From Eledone cirrhosa (Eukaryota), in NCBI GenBank assembly GCA_964016885.1, contig OZ024766.1:12896001-12960000 (forward strand): a stretch of 64,000 nucleotides of DNA, in the 5' to 3' direction. This document shows positions 56,197 to 64,000 of this stretch, in pieces; positions within the stretch are counted from its first letter, which is position 1, and every line of letters starts with the position of its first letter. A program made the translations under genes and the position numbers. The notes under the pieces were generated by a model that saw only the letters and a list, made by a program, of their open reading frames with translations, had not been told where the DNA came from and did not search any database.

Positions 56197-58786
56197 GTTA
56201 GTTATTTTCATATCTCAGCTTTTATCTCTCACCAGTCCAGGTACTTTATTTTATCAACCGCAGTACGTTACTGGTACTTTACTTTATCAACCCCAGTACG
56301 TTACTGGTACTTTACTTTATCAACCCCAGTACGTTACTGGTACTTTACTTTATCAACCCCAGTACGTTACTGGTACTTTATTTTATCAATCCCAGTACAT
56401 TACTGGTACTTTATTTTATCAACCCCAGTACGTTACTGGTACTTTACTTTATCAACCCCAGTACGTTACTGGTACTTTACTTTATCAACCCCAGTACATT
56501 ACTGGTACTTTACTTTATCAACCCCAGTACGTTACTAGTACTTTATTTTATCAACTCCAGTACATTACTGGTACTTTACTTTATCAACCCCAGTATGTTA
56601 CTGGTACTTTACTTTATCAACCCCAGTACATTACTGGTACTTTACTTTATCAACCCCAGTACATTACTGGTACTTTACTTTATCAAGCCCAGTATGTTAC
56701 TGGTACTTTACTTTATCAACCCCAGTACATTACTGGTACTTTACTTTATCAACCCAGTACATTACTGGTACTTTACTTTATCAACGCCAGTACATTACTG
56801 GTACTTTATTTTATCAACCCCAGTACATTACTGATATTTTACTTTATCAACCCCAGTACGTTACTGGTACTTTACTTTATCAAACCCAGTACATTACTGG
56901 TACTTTACTTTATCAACCCCAGTACATTACTGGTACCTTACTTTATCAACCCAAGAACGTTACAGGTACTTTACTTCATCAACCCCAGTACGTTACTGGT
57001 ACTTTACTTTATCAACCCTGTTAGGATGAAAGCCAGAGCTATAACTTCAGTAGGATTTGAACCCAGTTACGGCCCTTTACGTTCTGAGTTCAAATCCCAT
57101 CAAGGTAAGCTTTGCCTTTCATCCTTACTGGGTTGATAAAATAAAGTACCAGTAACACACTGGGGTCAATCAACACCCCTTCCCCAAATGTGTTGGCCTT
57201 GCATCTAAATCAGAAACCATTAAAATAATCTCTAAATTTCTAGTCAACAATCAATATTATTAGTTAGAAATATTAGTTAATAATTGTTTCTACGTTAGGC
57301 ACAAGGCCAGCAATTACCCCAGTGAATTACTGCTACTTTATTTTATCGACCCCGTAAGGATGAAAGGCAAAGTTAACCTCGGTGGGATTTGAACTCAGAA
57401 TGGCAAGGGCCGTAACTCTATGCATCAAAGCATGGCGTCCGACCCTCCACTGATACTGCCAATCCACTGCCATTAATATTATTATTGACTAATAATATTA
57501 ACTAATAATATTAACTAATTATATTAACTAATAATATTAACTAATAATATTAACTAATTATATTGACTAATAATATTAACTAATAATATTAACTAAATAA
57601 TATTAACTAATAATATTAAATAATAATATTTACTAATTATATAACTCTATGCATCAAAGCAAGGCGTCCGACGCTCCACCGATACTGCCAATCCACCGAA
57701 TAATATTAACTAATTCAAATCCCGCCGAGGTTAACTTTGCCTTTCATCCTTACGGGGTTGATAAAATAAAGTACCAGTAATACACTGGGGTAATTGCTGG
57801 CCTTGTGCCTAATGTAAAAATTATTTAAATAATTAGTGAATATTATTAGTTGATAATATTAGTTAATATTATTAGTTAATATAATTAGTGAATGTTATTA
57901 GTTAATATTATTAGGTGATAATATTAGTTAATATTATTAGTTAATATAATTAGTCAATATAATTAGTTAATGAGGTTAACTTTGCCTTTCATCCTTACGG
58001 GGTCGATAAAATAAAGTACCAGTAATGTACTGGGTAATTGCTGGCCTTGTGCCTAACGTAGAAACAATTATTAGTTCATATAATTAGTTACTATTATTAG
58101 TAAATATAATTAGTCAATATAATTAGTCAATATAATTAGTCAATATAATTAGTCAATATAATTAGTCAATATAATTAGTCAATATAATTAGTCAATATTA
58201 TTAGTCAATATTATTAGTCAATACTATTAGTAAATATAATTAGTCAATATAATTAGTCAATATAATTAGTCAATATAATTAGTCAATATTATTACTCAAT
58301 ATAATTAGTCAATATAATTAGTCAATATAATTAGTCAATATTATTACTCAATATTATTAGTAAATATAATTAGTCAATATAATTAGAAACAATTATATTT
58401 TATCAACCCCAGAATGTTGGTTGTGTGGGTTTTTTATTTCTGTATGAAGTTCAGACAGTCAGCCATACAGACACATGATATGAGTGTGCAACATCGTAGC
58501 TATGTTTCTGTCAGTTGAAAGCAAGTCTTTGTATTAACTTTTAGAGAAAGTCACACCCAGTTAAATTACATGACCTTAGGTAAGTGTATGGGAGAGACAG
58601 GAGGAGAGATAGAGAGAGACAGAGAGAGAGAGAAAGAGAGGGATATCGAGAGAGGGAGATAGAGGGAGAGAAAGAGATGTGAGAGAGACAGAGAGAGAGG
58701 GAGAGAGAGAAAGTGGGAAGAATGGAGACTAAAAGTGGAAGAGGCAGAGAGATAGAAAGTAAAATGTAGTAGTAATTCTAATGTTG

Positions 58787-58855
<69 letters not shown>

Positions 58856-59138
58856 GAGGTTATATTTAATTTGTTGGGATTCAATAAGCTTAAAAATGTT
58901 TATAACTGATATAAAGCACTCAACAGTTTGCCTTGGTTGCCTTGAAATATGTATAATAAAATAAATATGGTTTTATAAATATAGTTTCCATTTATTAATA
59001 TATATATATATCTATATATATATGTATAGGAAAAGAGTCAGGACCCCAACTGCTGATCTCTGGCCAGAGCTCAGCTGTTGGGTTCCTGGCTCTTTTCCTA
59101 TTACCCACTCTTCTACCCTAAGTATTGAGTACTCTGAG

Positions 59139-59200
<62 letters not shown>

Positions 59201-59772
59201 GTATATATATATATATCCCAAATTAAAATTAAGGGTTGTCATGTCTGAGAGACATGCACCATGCGTAGAATAAGCTGAAAGATTAGATCCGAGCATTACA
59301 TATCAACTAGAAATAGATTGACATATATATATATATATATAATAAATACATGAAACAATCACAGGGAATAATTTGTAAAGAATGTAGGCACACATAGCTA
59401 GGTAGGTAACTAATTAAAGCTTGACTAGAACTTCAAATATAGATACCTTTTAAAATGATTAATCTCCTTTGTATATATTTCTTTAAGTAAGAAATATATT
59501 TCACCTATTAATCCGTAAATCACAGCAGTTAAATTCTTGGATGTTCACCAAATGAGAAGAAAAATAACCATCTGCGTTTACACAGCAAATGCAAATCTGC
59601 GAATGATTTGAACCACGTGTTGCATTTTTTTAAAAATACACTCGTTGAACAACGTCATCCCAGTGGCCTGAATAGGACCATCGACAGCCAGAAATAGCCA
59701 GAAATATAAATATAAATATATATATATGTATATATAATATAAGATCAAAAGATGGTTAAAGGAGTTCCATGT

Positions 59773-59841
59773 ATTTTATTATGCGCATTTCAAAAACAAA
59801 CATCATCATGCAATAATATTTGTGTTTTCATCAGATAAAAC
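59773..59841 (-). ncRNA. Type I hammerhead ribozyme motif
   Basis: Same as 38315-38383. Confidence 0.8.
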
Positions 59842-61525
59842 AGGAGAACATGATATGAAGGCTAAAAAAACACTTGTGGATAGTGCAGTTTTAAATGCGC
59901 ATAATAAAATACATGGAACTCCTTTAACCATCTTTTGATCTTATATTATGTATACTCCAGTCCTACAAACTGTAGAGTGCTTCTTATCCGATATCTGCAT
60001 TGCTTTATTGTACTACAATAAAACTCACCTCCTACATTATATGTATATATATATATATATTCTCTTTTACTCTTTTAACGTGTTCCAGCGATCCAGTTGA
60101 GGCCATGCTGGGGCATGCCCTTGTTACACATTCTTTCTCCAACCTGTGTTGGTTGGCCATTTGGCAAAGAGGGGGTTCGTTGTTGCTGCCCTTAGGTTAC
60201 CTTCGAACCATGCTGTGGGCTCATCCAGGATCCTGGTAACAGGGTGTCGAGATGTTCCTTGAAAACATCCACGTCCACACCATGCAGATCTCTCAAATTC
60301 CTTGGCAGCTTGTTGAAGAGGTGAGGGCCCTTGAACCCCAGGTTATTGTAATACCTGCTCCTTATTCTGTATATATTTATAAGTATATATCTATATATGT
60401 GTGTGTGTGTGTGTGTGTGGTAGGAAGTATGGTAAGGAACGAGGTGGACCATAACGCACCAGATCACGCGATACTTTGGTTAGTAGATATATATATATAT
60501 GTGAGTGTGTGTTAAGCTATTCTATTAAATCTACCCCAGGATATCACTGGTACTATATTTTATCAACCCCTGAATTATGAAATCATTTCATTTTACGTCC
60601 CCTTTTCCCTGCTTGCAAGAGTGGGACAGGAACTGATTCTGGCTTGATTTCTACAGCTTGATGCCCTTCCTAAAACCAACCTCATTTACAGTGAGTGCTG
60701 GGTGATTTTTTGCCGTGGCACCTCTACGACCACTTTACAGTGGAATGATAGGGACTCCAGTCCCTATCATCTCATTTCTACAGCTGAGTAAACTGGAGCA
60801 ATTTGAAATAAAGTGTCTTGCTCAAGGAAACAACACATTAACCGGTCGGAGAATTGAACTCACAACCTTTCGATAAAGAATAATACAATTATAGAGATTA
60901 TAAAAGATTATAAAAGAATAATACGTATTATTCCTTTCGAATACAATAAAAGGCCTGCTGTTACAACTTTGGTATTTATTGAGGATATTGTGACTCGTTT
61001 AACCCTTTAGCATTTAAACCGGCCATATCCGGCCAGAAATCTCTCACTTTTTTCTGTTCAAACCGGCTGTAACTAGCCACTCATACTGACGTTAAGGTAT
61101 TCTTCTCAAAATAAATAATATCAAAATCTCATAGATTCAATATTATGTGAGATAACTATATAAGATAAAGTGTTTACTGTGAAACTACAATAGTAAATAT
61201 AGAATAATGTAAGTGCTAAAGGGTTAAATAACTTAAATTTACAACTTCAAGGTAAAACACAGCTCGTAAATGAAATGTATAACCATATTGTTGTCTTTGA
61301 AAAAAAGCTACAGTTGTGGGAACATCAACTTTGAAATAAAAATTATGTGCATTTTCCATCATTTCAAGGAGGGAAATCACAGGATTCAGAGGTATTTGTG
61401 AATATAATTCAAGATTTGAGAAATGAATAGTATAGTCGACACTCGAGATTAAATGGCGTTCGTCCGGCCCATGGAGGCAAAGAAGTTGCCAATCCCTGAT
61501 CTACACCAATGTTTTCCTGTTACAG

Positions 61526-61663
61526 TGTGCAGTAGTGGAAGACTTGGTGCCAACTGTGATCAGGTGTGTCATTGTGAAGATAACAACAGGTGTAATGTGG
61601 AATTAGGGATCTGTTCAAGGGGTAGATGTGCTCCAGGTTATGAAAGAAACAGTTGTCAGAAAG
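61526..61663 (+). CDS. EGF-like exon copy 7 (GGA>AGA, Gly>Arg at 61645)
   Basis: Splice sites intact; reads PGYERNSCQK. Confidence 0.85.
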
Positions 61664-63795
61664 GTTAGTTATTTTCATATCTCAGCTTTTATCTCTCACC
61701 AGTCCAGGTACTTTATTTTATCAACCCCAGTACATTACTGGTAGTTTACTTTATCAACCCCAGTTCGTTACTGGTACTTTACTTTATCAACCCCAGTACG
61801 TTACTGGTACTTTACTTTATCAACCCCAGTACGTTACTGGTACTTTACTTTATCAACCCCAGTACGTTACTGGTACTTTACTTTATCAACCCCAGTACGT
61901 TACTGGTACTTTACTTTATCAACCCTGTTAGGATGAAAGCCAGAGCTATAACTTCAGTAGGATTTGAACCCAGTTACGGCCCTTTACGTTCTGAGTTCAA
62001 ATCCCATCAAGGTAAGCTTTGCCTTTCATCCTTACTGGGTTGATAAAATAAAGTACCAGTAACACACTGGGGTCAATCAACACCCCTTCCCCAAATGTGT
62101 TGGCCTTGCATCTAAATCAGAAACCATTAAAATAATCTCTAAATTTCTAGTCAACAATCAATATTATTAGTTAGAAATATTAGTTAATAATTGTTTCTAC
62201 GTTAGGCACAAGGCCAGCAATTACCCCAGTGAATTACTGCTACTTTATTTTATCGACCCCGTAAGGATGAAAGGCAAAGTTAACCTCGGTGGGATTTGAA
62301 CTCAGAATGGCAAGGGCCGTAACTCTATGCATCAAAGCATGGCGTCCGACCCTCCACTGATACTGCCAATCCACTGCCATTAATATTATTATTGACTAAT
62401 AATATTAACTAATAATATTAACTAATTATATTAACTAATAATATTAACTAATTATATTGACTAATAATATTAACTAATAATATTAACTAAATAATATTAA
62501 CTAATAATATTAACTAATAATATTAACTAATAATATTAACTAATTATATTAACTAATAATATTAACTAATTATATTAACTAATAATATTAACTAATAATA
62601 TTTACTAATTATATAACTCTATGCATCAAAGCATGGCGTCCGACGCTCCACCGATACTGACAATCCACCGAATAATATTAACTAATTCAAATCCCGCCGA
62701 GGTTAACTTTGCCCTTCATCCTTACGGGGTTGATAAAATAAAGTACCAGTAATACACTGGGGTAATTGCTGGCCTTGTGCCTAATGTAAAAATTATTTAA
62801 ATTATTAGTGAATATTATTAGTTGATAATATTAGTTAATATTATTAGTTAATATAATTAGTGAATGTTATTAGTTAATATTATTAGGTGATAATATTAGT
62901 TAATATTATTAGTTAATATAATTAGTCAATATAATTAGTTAATGAGGTTAACTTTGCCTTTCATCCTTACGGGGTCGATAAAATAAAGTACCAGTAATGT
63001 ACTGGGTAATTGCTGGCCTTGTGCCTAACGTAGAAACAATTATTAGTTCATATAATTAGTTACTATTATTAGTAAATATATTTAGTCAATATAATTAGTA
63101 AATATAATTAGTCAATATAATTAGTCAATATAATTAGTCAATATAATTAGTCAATATAATTAGTAAATATTATTAGTCAATACTATTAGTAAATATAATT
63201 AGTCAATATAATAAGTCAATATAATTAGTCAATATAATTAGTCAATATAATTAGTCAATATAATTAGTCAATATAATTAGTCAATATTATTACTCAATAT
63301 AATTAGCCAATATAATTAGTCAATATAATTAGTCAATATTATTACTCAATATTATTAGTAAATATAATTAGTCAATATAATTAGAAACAATTATATTTTA
63401 TCAACCCCAGAATGTTGGTTGTGTGGGTTTTTTATTTCTGTATGAAGTTCAGACAGTCAGCCATACAGACACATGATATGAGTGTGCAACATCGTAGCTA
63501 TGTTTCTGTCAGTTGAAAGCAAGTCTTTGTATTAACTTTTAGAGAAAGTCACACCCAGTTAAATTACATGACCTTAGGTAAGTGTATGGGAGAGACAGGA
63601 GGAGAGATAGAGAGAGAGGGGGCGAGAGAGACAGAGAGAGAGAGAAAGAGAGGGATATCGAGATAGGGAGATAGAGGGAGAGAAAGAGATGTGAGAGAGA
63701 CAGAGAGAGAGGGAGAGAGAGAAAGTGGGAAGAATGGAGACTAAAAGTGGAAGAGGCAGAGAGATAGAAAGTAAAATGTAGTAGTAATTCTAATG

Positions 63796-63826
<31 letters not shown>

Positions 63827-63967
63827 CAGAGGTTATATTTAATTTGTTGGGATTCAATAAGCTTAAAAATGTTTATAACTGATATAAAGCACTCAACAGT
63901 TTGCCTTGGTTGCCTTGAAATATGTATAATAAAATAAATATGGTTTTATAAATATAGTTTCCATTTA

Positions 63968-64000
<33 letters not shown>

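Larger units (their letters stand above)
25920..64000 (+). repeat. Tandem array of ~4.9-5.6 kb exon+intron units; 7 exon-bearing units plus the start of an 8th, running off the window
   Basis: Anchor TTTATCAACCCCAGAATGTTGG near 25930, 32100, 36950, 41965, 48318, 53513, 58398 and 63397; exon spacings 5095, 5596, 5431, 5644, 4879 and 5467 bp. Confidence 0.97.

Noticed and set aside
29414-61663. Dscam-like mutually exclusive diversity cassette
   Set aside because: Exons are essentially identical, so choosing one gives almost no sequence diversity; length variation fits better

Overview
AT-rich, microsatellite-laden animal DNA. The C2H2 finger style, the (TA)n background and the SINE families suggest a coleoid cephalopod, probably an octopus (inference). 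Layout: (1) an intact 9-finger C2H2 zinc-finger ORF at 505-1263 and a decayed duplicate about 16.7 kb downstream, separated by a ~12.2 kb array of an ~89-bp minisatellite; (2) a transposon-rich zone at 18.4-27.2 kb with RTE-type LINE fragments and several elements set in (TA)n that carry type I hammerhead ribozyme (HHR) motifs, two of them as long palindromes, as expected for Penelope-like element termini or retrozymes; (3) from ~25.9 kb to the window end, a tandem array of ~4.9-5.6 kb units. Each unit holds one 138-bp symmetric phase-1/phase-1 exon (AG...GTTAGT) encoding an 8-cysteine MEGF10/CED-1-like EGF module. Seven copies are visible and are identical except for one Gly>Arg change in two of them. 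The intronic parts are recombinant mosaics containing a presence/absence HHR element, SINE-derived minisatellites and inverted SINE pairs. The main candidates for new biology are the homogenised EGF exon array and the multi-family HHR elements.
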